From the NCBI GenBank assembly GCA_964459635.1, contig CAYWMQ010000001.1:8342-72341 (forward strand): 64,000 nt of DNA, given 5' to 3'. Source of the DNA: an uncultured Candidatus Saccharibacteria bacterium. Its GTDB lineage: Bacteria > Patescibacteriota > Minisyncoccia > Phycocordibacterales > UBA12088. The position numbers were made by a program, and so were the translations under genes. The notes under the pieces are model-generated. The model was not told the DNA's origin. It made no database searches and worked only from the letters and a program-made list of their open reading frames with translations. Positions 58,201-64,000 of this stretch are shown in pieces (position 1 is the stretch's first letter; each line of letters begins with the position of its first letter).

Positions 58201-61200
58201 GCAACGGCTCAACGCAGGTCGTGCGTATGGTGATACAGGGCGGCAGCCCCCAGTCCACCTCGTGTGCGGCGGGTACCGGGGCATACCTCTTTACGGGAGT
58301 GAGCTACTCGCCCGGCGACGCAATAGTGGTATACCTCGATAACGCGGCAGCTAAAGCCGCAAACGTGACGGTGGACCCTGTCACGTCTATCGCCGATATG
58401 CATTTGTACGAGTCGCGCGTGGTGGTGCGGCACGAAGATACGAACGCGATCACCATAGCGGACCTCGCCGTATATGATAGCGATCAGGACACCGATATTC
58501 CGTTCGATGCGGATACCGGCAGCCCCAACACACTCACGTTGCCTGCAAACCGCAAGCTCATCGTGTGGAACGGCAAGACATTCACTCCCGGCGGCAACGT
58601 GACACTTACTTCGGGGGGTAGCGGTACGGACTATGACGGTACACTTGAGCTCAGGGACAATGCGACGTACGTGTCATCGGCTTCGTCAGCGGAGACCATA
58701 TCAGTGGGCGGGAGTTGGCTTACAGGTGCGAGTGCATCCTTTACCGCGGGTACAAGTACCGTGACCTTCACCGCGACCACGTCCGGCAAGGTGGTCAGTC
58801 CGGATCGGTCCGCGTTCAACAACCTCACCTTTAACGGCTCGGGCGGTGCTTGGACGTTCGCAGACCGCGACGCCACCACGACCCGCAACTTCACGCTTAC
58901 GGCGGGAAGCGTAACGCTTGGTACCTCGACGCTGGCGGTGGGCGGCTCGTTTGTGAACAGCGGCACGCTCTCCGCCGCATCGACGAGCATCAGGTTCAGT
59001 GCGGCGGCTCCCGCCACGGTCACGTTTGGCGGAGCAAGTGTGGGGAGCCTTACCTTTGCAGGTGCCGGGGCACACACCATAACCGATACCAGCGCCACCT
59101 CGACAGGCTCTGTCTCGATCACGGCCGGCACGGTCGCACTGCCCACGAGTGTGTTTGCGGTGGCGAATGGGTTCTCCGCGCAGGGGGGCTCGTTCACACA
59201 CGCGGGCACGTTGCGGCTCTATGGAACACTTGCGGCACAGACGCTGCGTGTGGGTGCTTCCACACTCAGGCACCTTCTTATTGACGGCTCGGGTTCGTGG
59301 GCGTTTGCAGACACCGCGGCCACCACAACAGGGACGACCACAGTGCGTGCGGGGGCCCTGACTGCGCCATCGCAAACCTTTGCCATCGGCGGCAGCTTCA
59401 CGAACAGCGCCACGTATAACAGCAATGGCGGCACCATGCGCTTCTACGCAACCACCACAGGACAAACCATTTCTGTCGGGGGCGCACTGCTGGCGAACGT
59501 CATCATTTCCGGCACGGGAGGTGGGTGGACAGTGGCCACGTCGGCGACTACGACGGGAGCGTTTCGGCTGCAGACGGCAACAGCGTTTGAGATGGCGAGC
59601 AGCACAGCTCTTGAAGTGCAAGGACAATTTGAGAATACCGTGGGAGGCGCGGCCACCAACTGGACTGATTCGCGCTTGTACCTGAACGCCTCAGGGACAA
59701 GTTATGCGGTAAACGGTAAGTCATCGACCGGGGATACGTACGCGTTCTTGACACTCGGCCCGAATACCGACGTCTCCATGTGGAACTCATCCGCCGCCAC
59801 CACGACGGTGCATGCGTCAAGCTCGCTGTACGCAATGGATCACGCGGGTGTCGATGGCTCGCTCTATATTTGGGGCGAGTACGTGCGGAGTGCGGGCGCT
59901 GAGTATTGGAGCTATGCGACGGACTTTGACGGTGCCGCGCTTGGCGGCAGCGCACGTGCCGTTTCAGTGCGCGTTGCCTCAAGCAGTACATTGACGTTTA
60001 CGGGCGGCTCGCTTGATATGGTGGGTAGCACAGGCGCCACCACGTCCGTCGCGGTGATAGGTACGGGTGCGTACAGCATCGTAAAGTCGGGCGGATCGCT
60101 CAACGCACAATACTACTCGTTCCGCAATCTCACGTCTCAAGGTCTCGTACTCAGTAACGCCATTACGGTGACGTCGCTCTCGTATGGAGACTTTGAACTC
60201 TCAACACCAAACGGTGTTCTCCTCCAGGTGGCTTCGAGTACCATTGACCAAAACCCGACCAAGACCATTGTGGGTAATCGCTTTGCGTCCACGTCCGGGA
60301 TTACGGGCACGAACGTGAAGGTGAACGGTACCACCGCGAATTTCTGGGACTTCCAAAGCCACTACGGCGAGATCGACGGTGAATCGTACGACGATGATGG
60401 TGTGGATGCGTGCGGTGCGGTGCGCTGGGATGATAGTACGTGTCTTGAGGTATCTCAGGCGCATTTCCGCTTCAGGAACGATGATGGTGGCGGTGGTGCG
60501 CCGGACAGTGAATGGTACAACGCAGACTGGAGCAAGCGTGTGCGGCTGAACGTGAGAAACCAGAATGGTACGACGCTCACTGACGTACCCGTGCGCATGG
60601 AGCTTCCGTACGACTCCGACATGCAGTCCAACTGGAACGATATCCGGTTCACCGATGCTTCCGGTACCACGTCGCTCCCCTACTTTGTGGAGCGCTACAC
60701 AACGAGCGCCACGGCCACCATTTGGGTCAAGGTGCCGAGTATTCCCGCAAACGGCTATGCATCCCTGTATGCCTACTATGGCAACGCGTTTGCCGCAAAC
60801 GACGAGAGCGGGGCGAATACATTCAGTAGCTTCGATGACTTTGAGGACGACAGCATCTCTGAGTACTCGGGCGATACGGGCGTCTTTGATGTTGTTGCGG
60901 ACTCAGGTGCAGAAGGCAGCTACATCCTCAAGGCTGGTGCGGGATATGAAAACGACCAAACAACGGACGGCATATACCGCACCGGCACCACATTCGGGCA
61001 AGGCAGTACGGTGCGCTTCCTGCAGTACGTAGACGCAACAAAAGACGATGAGCCATGCGCACTTTTTGGCGTGCAGAGTCCCGGCTCCAACAATCAAAAC
61101 TATGCCGTGTGTCTCGACCAGTATCCGAGTGACAGGCTGGTGCTTGCGAAGAATGTATCCTCCAACGATGGCTCCGGCACCGTGCTGGCTTCCTCGTCCA

Positions 61201-62726
61201 TTGCGTGGTCGAGCGCATGGTACACCGTGGAAGTGGATTGGTTTACGAACAACAGCATCTACGTGTCGGTGTACAACAGCTCCGGTTCGCTCGTAGCCAC
61301 CACGACCGCGTCGGACGCAAGCTACGCCTCGGGAGGGATGGGCTTCTCGTTCTGGTACCAGAGCGGTGGTTGGGACTTCTACACGGCACGCCCATACGCG
61401 GCGGTTGAACCGACACTTTCATCTATCGGACTCGAGCAAGGGAAGAGTGGTGCAAGTTGGAAGGCGGCACAGGATGTGTCCGTCACACAAGACCAAGGTT
61501 TGCCGTTCCGAGTGCGTTTCTCCGTTGAGAACTCTGGGCCGACGATATATGGCAAACAGTGGCGCTTGCAGTATGCCGACAAGACCGGGTACGGTACGTG
61601 TAACGCAGTGCCGGAAGTATCGTTCAATGATGTACCGACCGTCTCAAACTGCGGCACGAACGCCATCTGCATGACCACCACTTCACAGTATGCGGACGGC
61701 GATGCGACACAGGAGCTCTTAACATCAACGACGTTCTACCGGTACGCGGGCGGTAAGCTCATCGAGAGTCCGAGCAATCAGACCGCATCATCTAGCTTGG
61801 GGCAGGGAGAGCTCACCGAAGTGGAGTACGCGATAGAGCTTACCCAGAACGCGGTATCGAATGCATACTGTATGCGCGTGTCGGACGGGGGTGTCGAGCT
61901 TGACTCGTATCAAACACTCGCGGAAGTCACCGCGAACTATGGGCCGCAGATCACGAGTTGGAGTCTCAATGGAGATGAGCCCATAGCGCTCACGGAAGGA
62001 CAAACCACATCCGTGCAGGCGACCGGCACCATCACAGATCTTAACGGATTTGAGGACTTGCTGTACGCTACCGGCACCATATATAGAAGTGCGCTTGGGG
62101 CAAACTGTGGTGCCGATCTCAACAATTGCTACCAGCTCTCCTCGCTTTCGTGTCCGCTCGAAAACTGCGATGGCACGTCGTGCGACGTGACGTGTACTGC
62201 CGATATTCAGTACTTTGCCGAGCCGACCGATCCGGGCGCTCCGCACGAGGCGCAGAGCTGGCTTGCCAAGGTCTTTGTGGTGGACCTCACGGGCAACGAG
62301 GCAAGCTCGACAGCGCCCGGCGTTGATATGCTCACGATGCGCGCGGTGTCCGTTACCACCGGTGGCATAGGGTACGGCTCACTCCAGGTCAACTCAGACA
62401 CGGGTTCGTATAACGCCACTTCCACGTTGCGTAACACCGGCAACACGGGGGTGGACATAGATATCGAAGGAGCGGACTTGACTGCGGGCGCAAGTACCAT
62501 CCCCGCTGCAAATCAGAAGTTCGCCACGTCCACCTTTACATACTCCGCGTGCGCCATTTGTACCGCACTCTCCGGCACTGTAAGCGATTACGAGCTTGAT
62601 CTGCCCAAGCCCACCAGTACCTCCACTCCCGTGACCGATGATCTCTACTGGGGCATCTACGTGCCTTCAAACGCTGCCGGCCTGACCCACAACGGGCAAA
62701 ACACATTCTATCCGATTAGTGATTAG
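43278..62726 (+). CDS. giant surface protein (6482 aa; 6695 aa if joined to 42639..43253)
   Basis: Two DUF2341-like domains, three FN3-like 'TY(Y/W)WRV.A.D' domains, two propeller-like 'AY.EG.V.TPRY..WNG' blocks, three ~790-aa beta-helix-like super-repeats, 'Q.H/YR.W/F..DDG' modules, and a WxL-like C-terminus. Confidence 0.88.
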   Translation: MQNIAPVDAVIEGVEYAEPAPGETASGAEVAPEAERGADASSAETRARQADEDVRVCTVLDIPCHTIRYDGFDIGSVLADHTVREYTLRLSLGARVEGESFTPDKLLVRYMSAGTWHIAGEVVIDRELSNFDSGGHFSFPLPGLTAWDSLADLAVELEYVRHGTAETEFYVDSVWVDARYAVVDEGEELQLAPNILPELAVLEDSRRPDMLLVGDERITLPRTDAVPGDELVIRSDHDVYDGLTRVRSYLSVTNHGDTEMYADLVVRTGRHAEVVGLRERVRAVPQSTLVPEYSDVAYLCEGGWQPGSMSQGVAAPSDVPADTNTTDGEEVEDGTASSSVSMTEALVSDGTGSATLDDVGPDASGETADSEGEPYTCAATGEERVCSSLNDDETNCIAEEERISTTEEVAYREGWQPVGLRPYRERTSFWQRVLRSEATTTSELPNAVEAEERVRLAPRETRFFAVDVEVGVQRAGEFAFELRAGDTHAERRMWWRSGYSRRVPLTVPRVESEAPEVPLLYRVRIEENDVPGFFTTARLDGGDVRFYDAALRLELPSKVVSFSYVEQAAEYLVELGESSTQASSSIFAYYGNDTVMEASRMRAPSQTDTPIEYVRAAESATGALVSVTSLRDGNTMRTGAGGTEVTLHEGEALDMVLGEEPLYARGPLLIRPADTVSSKEMRAFALTLPAHTYSLAQGTSSLTYVVERYASTSPELRFGDVEELPVPAVGIFEPLSFTDQLSRILYLRSLTGPAYHDFLEELRDFELGDEVVFKLRYKPQRWGITRFFRGLVRDRLATVAGVRLLYGGEVLTDARFDVSYGAEGEWTIKLTEAPRSLVPGKYSVELTIDEVGELYTDTFDFYFGVLAVNTPEATYETGSVAEFHMAALDDRGDTICDAELRLLITPPSGLAEEIPVERSTTCGPNNVTDEPDYRALYRLRESGTYDLVLTHVNREGEIVHQVRDAVHAAERMPYTIERAGATRIWPKAPYTMHLTVSAREDWSGTLVEALPRDFVVTDAGGGESSVWGGAKRLSWELTLAAGESVTLSYEYDAPDRSPYLYLLGPAELRVGEQAAYREAKSWKLASDALGQYTESYVTFTPTVNDTWTTIDLSGAPYSIPANAILEIAISNVDTGNEAYGGVRSGASTTLDRRVRIHEAEPSGSDVTTMFVQASATSSIQYYSDDTNDIRFTILGYWTSGTYTERWSVFGPAANNWTTDWNLNTYGVADGNVAEIVLVNTDGSNEYAAGVRTLGSTLTREVTIHEPEQGGVDTATMLVRASTSNATIRYRNANAAIDFYVAGFFSTLPTGLEYYERWDDLGGPASANTWTDRRLDDITVPNSAIADVAYANTAADDTTVTIGVRANGSSLSRTAELHEAEAGGQNHARSHVTAGSDASSTIEYFTGNTAYDSFRLAGYWAAANYPPDAPTLHDIPFDNEKTGSSTPYFEFTASDPDGSSDIVYQVQWDDDADLDASPLGDRSSDNETGCSPNCFANTVSGGDTSPFTEGQRIRFSIQSALTSGTTYYWRVRAKDSSGSNIYSEWTEVRSFTYVADTNPKAWYQTADAQFDGGTFSGAETYGANSVRLATTPPVGAMVAYGEGTVATPRYQIWNGTAWGGELSAQSATGRISWTVLRAAPTRDEYVLVTQTATGTVLAQVYNGTSGTWGNARVMTSAAPSADRRAVDVAYRGLSGEAVVTYCDGDTDPSTNIWNGTNWSATTTLDTQFNSACNWVALAASDASDEIAAVVQADSTNTTSDFEAQILTGTTWGNSYTGGSNTAGEEFLERMSIAYEESGTEAVVVVGNGGTASFVSAVWNTTAQTWTANANRGTQDDFEWSEFAVDDGSDNLGLCYIDEDNQVHIAKWNGTSNTWDAYDAAGDQIDTGGKANGTTDYHARPVTCRYETTAGRDGYLMVPYSDTTNARYRVWSTSLTVEQSISTIEDSWTVSSARTGDGLILTLWRDDTNDRFDFSYWNGNSWSARAALESSMADDTEPYAEPAMIAAQRFQASAGSIVSPIIDFDSVPGQSSWGELLWTTTEPSGTDVVMQVYYATTTAVCNVLVPDAALAGNSTGFQATSSPLNLSGLSTSTYNMLCLKASLSSQSSQSSTLDEWTVSWVRQPFLTQTAYRWYANTDANTPTDVWPVGSNSVAENEAISTAFAPNVGDVLRLRLGMLDSNVTLAASSTAFTLQWAEGVSCSASMDWQDVGASGSSVAWRGYDNASVSDGATLSSRLLSTTDVSFSYEEVNDTATNTSALAPTEEAEFDFVLQHNATSSTNYCFRLINDDGLPINQYDRYPQLITNAPPSTPVLATPFTYEALASTTPWFTFVAEDIKGDDIHYEIEIDDDPAFGSPLTRNSADHFNEFVNTVTPADKSPFTSGEQVRFVPTTALTDNTTYWWRVHARDPSGSNDWSDWSVAWSFTASSTVSISTWFQTTYEQFEENDHENTEATVSDDVALIPSNTLGTTTAPGIKFAWKTTGNAWGSLSWTENETTGTLRTRVQYNNNGIWELIPDSVLSGNSVGFAAGPVSLLGLDPTLYSEIRPVAYLQDVSGSPRLLDWTLSWGLAVEQPTLTSPFDNEKVATVTPSFTFRSTDPQGNDLTYEIQWSATPDFAASTTRTSGTHTGFTNTASSTDTSPFLEDNIIRFTVQGADALTNGATYWWRVRAKDPGGGDTWSVWSPIRSLTVDTSITVSTWFQTTDEQFDTDFLTDLETYGSDQVRITSTIREALVAYAEGVVQTPRYRLWNGNAWGTEKSAANIGERIYWIRTAAGPARDEYAMVTGGLSGAVKAQVYNGTTGQWGDLVDMSTPAATNRRGFDVAYESVSGRAMAAACRGADAVYRTWDGASWSATSTINLGFTQNCEWLTLASDPTSNEIILAARANTANTPYAFEAQVWNGSAWGNSTAQGLMESTDAENIGMAVAYEESGDQALFVTSNGTNANFHWRTWNGAWSGTSSTTTVDDLETPKIAQDAGSDALGLCYITNLNSMYYMRWDGSKFVSAPTQFSADSNSKDGGHAFDCAYETTAGRDGYLMMPYTDGTLGYYRFHNTSTGLSAEAALSSVTDSWSVESVRTGDGLILAVFWDDANTQFDFSYWNGTAPWSARQTLETNVSTIVNPIVPVSLTPRRYTSFTSGTLVSDPIHFSDGTGPRWGVASSTDTTPGASEIRYQFEHSTDNGETWALIPDSALPGNSVGTTSNTVDLSALSYTTYDVIRYVANFACVSGDCPILHDWTIAWSEGLKVSGTAKGYDESTNVTSGTVAVAVNGAVQTGKTASISGGTWQINNVTMFPGDTVHVWIQGAADANEAAAVFRYDGVGDTTGVELFERHLTIGSHDATTTTNAHIALYDNSASGNEDLFFEVDSGNDLTVCSVGACSDAELFVAQGYTYRPDSASGGNVSTHDMEIAGTLTADGNTLTVSGSWENRGIFTANSSSVILRATSSQETLSSVGATTSAFNILTLGQTSGNATWTLAGPLEVDGNCTLSYGTLNGSTSALFLGGNFSLAAGTTFLKSTGTTTFDGTGVAVITDATAAKQDLGKVAASGTSKTVRLGSALKLTDLTIYTGNTFDVSSNNYALEVRGDFRNSDSFSARAGTVTMTATTTGRTLVPGNSPLYDLTFQGVGGNWAFGQPLVTVQNNLTIATGTVTLATGTTTVSGSLSNSGTLVHNNGTLELTGSGSKTLTQGGSPLYNLTVNGAGAWSWTEQNATSSGSTRILNGTLTMPAETYAVGKSFVNAGGTVAPNGGTLRFTSNVAETVQANGSALYGLTFDGAGGTFALADTNLVASGTVRFVAGTTTLPSGTMTVSGSWVTTGGTWNANGGTVLFNSAATGRTVTTGTNNFASVTFNSAVGGWSIDSHATSTGAWSLLAAQSYTVASGNTMAVGGAFVNNVPGATTWTGSTLALSSGTSYTVGSSSQAAETYGTLRIGANTDVKFWQSSAASYAVDSTGSLYSQDHAAQNGDLYIWGEYVRTSGTEHWSYATDFDGTDIGGSPRQVDVRFASGASAQFTGATLSLRGDAAATTTLANQGSGSYRLQLTGSTLLAEYFSVANTDADGLALMASTTVNYLRDGTFTLDTQGGSMLTLASTTIDKNPLLQPDRLSFGTSTGISTGYNVTASGTASSYWWFKNTSGNYDGESYDNDPVAGAGSIRWDDSGFTINVSGTVYTGEGAGVPAYCNGSTQVLRLVVQGVTTYDTSCAAGTGAFTFSGVTYSGDVTFMAFLNGTSGRGATVSRTPQGNIAGFDLYQDRVIVRHEDTAALSIANMLLYDADQDLDIPFDAEAGSLTVSPETGLHVWAAKTFAPSGNVTLQSGGSGAVQDGTLRLASGSVFTAAGSESHSIGGSWIANTGATFTAANSTVNFTATTTGKTIAPSGSFHNLSFTGLNGGWSVASSTQVANNLAVSAGTVSGTGNVTVDLGAFSGNGSVTMTGGTVTVNKGGNFGGNSTWTFNNLTLGDGTSGTTAKVGSGDIAVSGALTVSANHILEAGSYTWTLTGSGAVLLVPGTFTAQTSTTTFAGTGAMTVPALTYHNLVLAPTAAGSPTYTLAAGSLTANTVTVGNGTHPVTVQVNTNDPLITVAGTFRNRTNATYQAASANDLMIAGSYINEGTFTANGGGVVMNSADTGELVTPGASSFHHLTFNHASGGWTITGNATTTGNFTLTAASNFTQASGSTLRVEGIFLNSVGGGATTWSGTTLALYSGTSYSMNTKTTEGDTYGTLSVGTNTDVAMWNSTSSSYSISPSGSLYSQDHNSVDGALYIWGDYTRTSGTEHWSYATDFDGTDISGTPRQAKVYLAEGASTTLSAGTWNILGTSGATTTIQNQGSGVYGLKVAGGTFNAQYYRVRNVNALGLEFAGTPTVTSLSDGDLELGITGGAMLTIPASVITTNPVKTWYRVSFATSSGVTSGRNATSSGTTASSWRFTPALGNYYGEAYDGDPAGDPGYLIWDDSNAQVSIGGNVYSNETGTVSALCNGSTQVVRMVIQGGSPQSTSCAAGTGAYLFTGVSYSPGDAIVVYLDNAAAKAANVTVDPVTSIADMHLYESRVVVRHEDTNAITIADLAVYDSDQDTDIPFDADTGSPNTLTLPANRKLIVWNGKTFTPGGNVTLTSGGSGTDYDGTLELRDNATYVSSASSAETISVGGSWLTGASASFTAGTSTVTFTATTSGKVVSPDRSAFNNLTFNGSGGAWTFADRDATTTRNFTLTAGSVTLGTSTLAVGGSFVNSGTLSAASTSIRFSAAAPATVTFGGASVGSLTFAGAGAHTITDTSATSTGSVSITAGTVALPTSVFAVANGFSAQGGSFTHAGTLRLYGTLAAQTLRVGASTLRHLLIDGSGSWAFADTAATTTGTTTVRAGALTAPSQTFAIGGSFTNSATYNSNGGTMRFYATTTGQTISVGGALLANVIISGTGGGWTVATSATTTGAFRLQTATAFEMASSTALEVQGQFENTVGGAATNWTDSRLYLNASGTSYAVNGKSSTGDTYAFLTLGPNTDVSMWNSSAATTTVHASSSLYAMDHAGVDGSLYIWGEYVRSAGAEYWSYATDFDGAALGGSARAVSVRVASSSTLTFTGGSLDMVGSTGATTSVAVIGTGAYSIVKSGGSLNAQYYSFRNLTSQGLVLSNAITVTSLSYGDFELSTPNGVLLQVASSTIDQNPTKTIVGNRFASTSGITGTNVKVNGTTANFWDFQSHYGEIDGESYDDDGVDACGAVRWDDSTCLEVSQAHFRFRNDDGGGGAPDSEWYNADWSKRVRLNVRNQNGTTLTDVPVRMELPYDSDMQSNWNDIRFTDASGTTSLPYFVERYTTSATATIWVKVPSIPANGYASLYAYYGNAFAANDESGANTFSSFDDFEDDSISEYSGDTGVFDVVADSGAEGSYILKAGAGYENDQTTDGIYRTGTTFGQGSTVRFLQYVDATKDDEPCALFGVQSPGSNNQNYAVCLDQYPSDRLVLAKNVSSNDGSGTVLASSSIAWSSAWYTVEVDWFTNNSIYVSVYNSSGSLVATTTASDASYASGGMGFSFWYQSGGWDFYTARPYAAVEPTLSSIGLEQGKSGASWKAAQDVSVTQDQGLPFRVRFSVENSGPTIYGKQWRLQYADKTGYGTCNAVPEVSFNDVPTVSNCGTNAICMTTTSQYADGDATQELLTSTTFYRYAGGKLIESPSNQTASSSLGQGELTEVEYAIELTQNAVSNAYCMRVSDGGVELDSYQTLAEVTANYGPQITSWSLNGDEPIALTEGQTTSVQATGTITDLNGFEDLLYATGTIYRSALGANCGADLNNCYQLSSLSCPLENCDGTSCDVTCTADIQYFAEPTDPGAPHEAQSWLAKVFVVDLTGNEASSTAPGVDMLTMRAVSVTTGGIGYGSLQVNSDTGSYNATSTLRNTGNTGVDIDIEGADLTAGASTIPAANQKFATSTFTYSACAICTALSGTVSDYELDLPKPTSTSTPVTDDLYWGIYVPSNAAGLTHNGQNTFYPISD

Positions 62727-62784
62727 CTTTTGGCGGAGCGAACATGCACAGGCTCCTCATGCTCATCTAACACACCTTATCTTT

Positions 62785-63468
62785 ATGCGCTTACTCACCA
62801 TTGCTCTCGTACTTTTCGCGCTCGCGGGAGCGGCTGCGTACATGTGGCACTACTATGGCGGCTTCGCAGGTGATGATGCGGGCGCGGTGATGTTCATAAA
62901 TGCGTATGGTGAGTATGCAGACGTGGCGCAGCGCGCCGATGCGCTCACGCATGCACCCACCGTGGAGGAGAACACTTCGCGGAGCGACCTGTATGCTTCG
63001 CTTGCCGCCATGCTCACCGAAGCCCAAGCGGATGATGTGCGCGAAGTGCGGGCACGTGCGGCATTTGCGCAGCTTGATCAGCTCAAGCGGGAGGTTGATG
63101 CGGCGCAAGCGGCGCAAGCGGATCTGCTCGCCGCACAAGAAGCGATGGGAGAAGCTGCGCGGGCGCTCAAGAGTGCGCGTTTGCGCGTGCGGGCGCAAGA
63201 GATCGTGGAAGCTGCCGGTGTGCGCAGTGCGGTATCAGCCAAGATCACCGGTCTGCTTTCGCACGCGAACGATGAGTCATACGCCATCATTACCAGGGTC
63301 CTGGAGGAGAAGGGGGCACTTTCACAGGAGCATATCATTCGTATCAACAGCATTACCACGGCAGCTGAGACGCGCCATGATGAGCTTACAGCTGCGTACG
63401 ATGAACTCGTTCGCGCGGAAGAGCTCATACAAAGCTCGTTTGCCGCCTTTGTAGCGGAGGCGCTGTAG
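62785..63468 (+). CDS. N-terminally anchored alpha-helical/coiled-coil protein
   Basis: MRLLTIALVLFALAGAAAY TM followed by Ala/Glu-rich helices; ORF is open from 62719. Confidence 0.7.
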   Translation: MRLLTIALVLFALAGAAAYMWHYYGGFAGDDAGAVMFINAYGEYADVAQRADALTHAPTVEENTSRSDLYASLAAMLTEAQADDVREVRARAAFAQLDQLKREVDAAQAAQADLLAAQEAMGEAARALKSARLRVRAQEIVEAAGVRSAVSAKITGLLSHANDESYAIITRVLEEKGALSQEHIIRINSITTAAETRHDELTAAYDELVRAEELIQSSFAAFVAEAL

Positions 63469-63535
63469 ATTCTCCACAGTGTACCTGCCGTGTCGCGCGG
63501 CCCACGTGCTATATATATAGTATAGGTTCACCATC

Positions 63536-64000
63536 ATGACCCGGGCTTCCACAATCTTCGCGGTGTGTACGGGAGGCGCTGCGCTTTTCTTTGCCCTTAC
63601 AGCCCCGCTTACACGGCATATGCGTACGCATGACCATCCGGTGTTGGCAGCGGTATCTGTGGCGCACACCGCAGAGTCGCGCGTAGCACCTTCGCGTACA
63701 CCTGTCCACGTCGGAGTGGTAAGGGACAGGCCCGCCAGTACCGCGCGGTCCGAGGAAGCAGCGGCGGGGCGTGTGCTACAGGTATGCCCGTACGAACCGG
63801 ATGAGAAAGTGTATATAGTACACTTAGCAGAGCAGGATGCGCCACCGCTCAGGGCGGACGGAAGCAGGGCTGAGGCCGAGCGTGTACAAGCACTGCACGT
63901 GCCGCCGGGGGTGTATGATGTTGAAACATACACGCTTCGGTTTGGCTCGACTACCGCTTCCATGCGTCTTGAGCGCTGGTACATGCGCATGTATGCAGCG
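63536..64000 (+). CDS. secreted/anchored hypothetical protein, runs off window
   Basis: Manual translation MTRASTIFAVCTGGAALFFALTAPL... open for 155 codons to the edge; TG-C-TATATA upstream. Confidence 0.6.
   Translation, partial: MTRASTIFAVCTGGAALFFALTAPLTRHMRTHDHPVLAAVSVAHTAESRVAPSRTPVHVGVVRDRPASTARSEEAAAGRVLQVCPYEPDEKVYIVHLAEQDAPPLRADGSRAEAERVQALHVPPGVYDVETYTLRFGSTTASMRLERWYMRMYAA

Noticed and set aside
1962-63990. Numerous long antisense or alternate-frame ORFs (e.g. 1962..3086, 19553..20557, 20573..21652, 47721..48776, 63322..63990)
   Set aside because: They overlap well-supported genes, lack motifs and are expected shadows in GC-rich DNA.

Overview
A GC-rich bacterial chromosomal segment read with the standard code (TAA/TAG/TGA all used as stops). 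Gene content suggests Patescibacteria/CPR, probably Parcubacteria; this is inference from a DUF5663-like protein, a PaaX-like N-terminus, a cohesin/dockerin pair, giant adhesins and short SD-less leaders. Positions 1-12.5 kb hold orphan small genes, a complete Preiss-Handler NAD+ operon (nadE-nadD-pncB) with tandem sigma70 promoters and an NrtR-type operator, a YadG/YadH-like ABC transporter, a two-peptide mini-operon missed by the ORF track, and a Mg2+ P-type ATPase. Positions 12.6-64 kb are a co-oriented (+) cell-surface locus. It encodes a TolB-like protein, a 3357-aa and a ~6500-6700-aa repeat-built giant protein (both ending in WxL-like domains), a ~1945-aa glycine-zipper membrane protein with a DUF5663-like neighbour, leucyl aminopeptidase, three DUF916/DUF3324-like paralogs, an FGE-sulfatase-fold protein, a dockerin protein, Hsp20 and a membrane-anchored cohesin protein. 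Main leads: (i) a candidate cohesin-dockerin/WxL surface-assembly system; (ii) signal peptides of three of its genes encoded by 7-nt tandem repeats of a kind also found between genes; (iii) a single in-frame TAG separating the largest gene from its membrane anchor; (iv) the NAD operon. No rRNA, tRNA, CRISPR array, integrase or transposase was seen. All domain calls come from motif recognition by eye, not from database searches.
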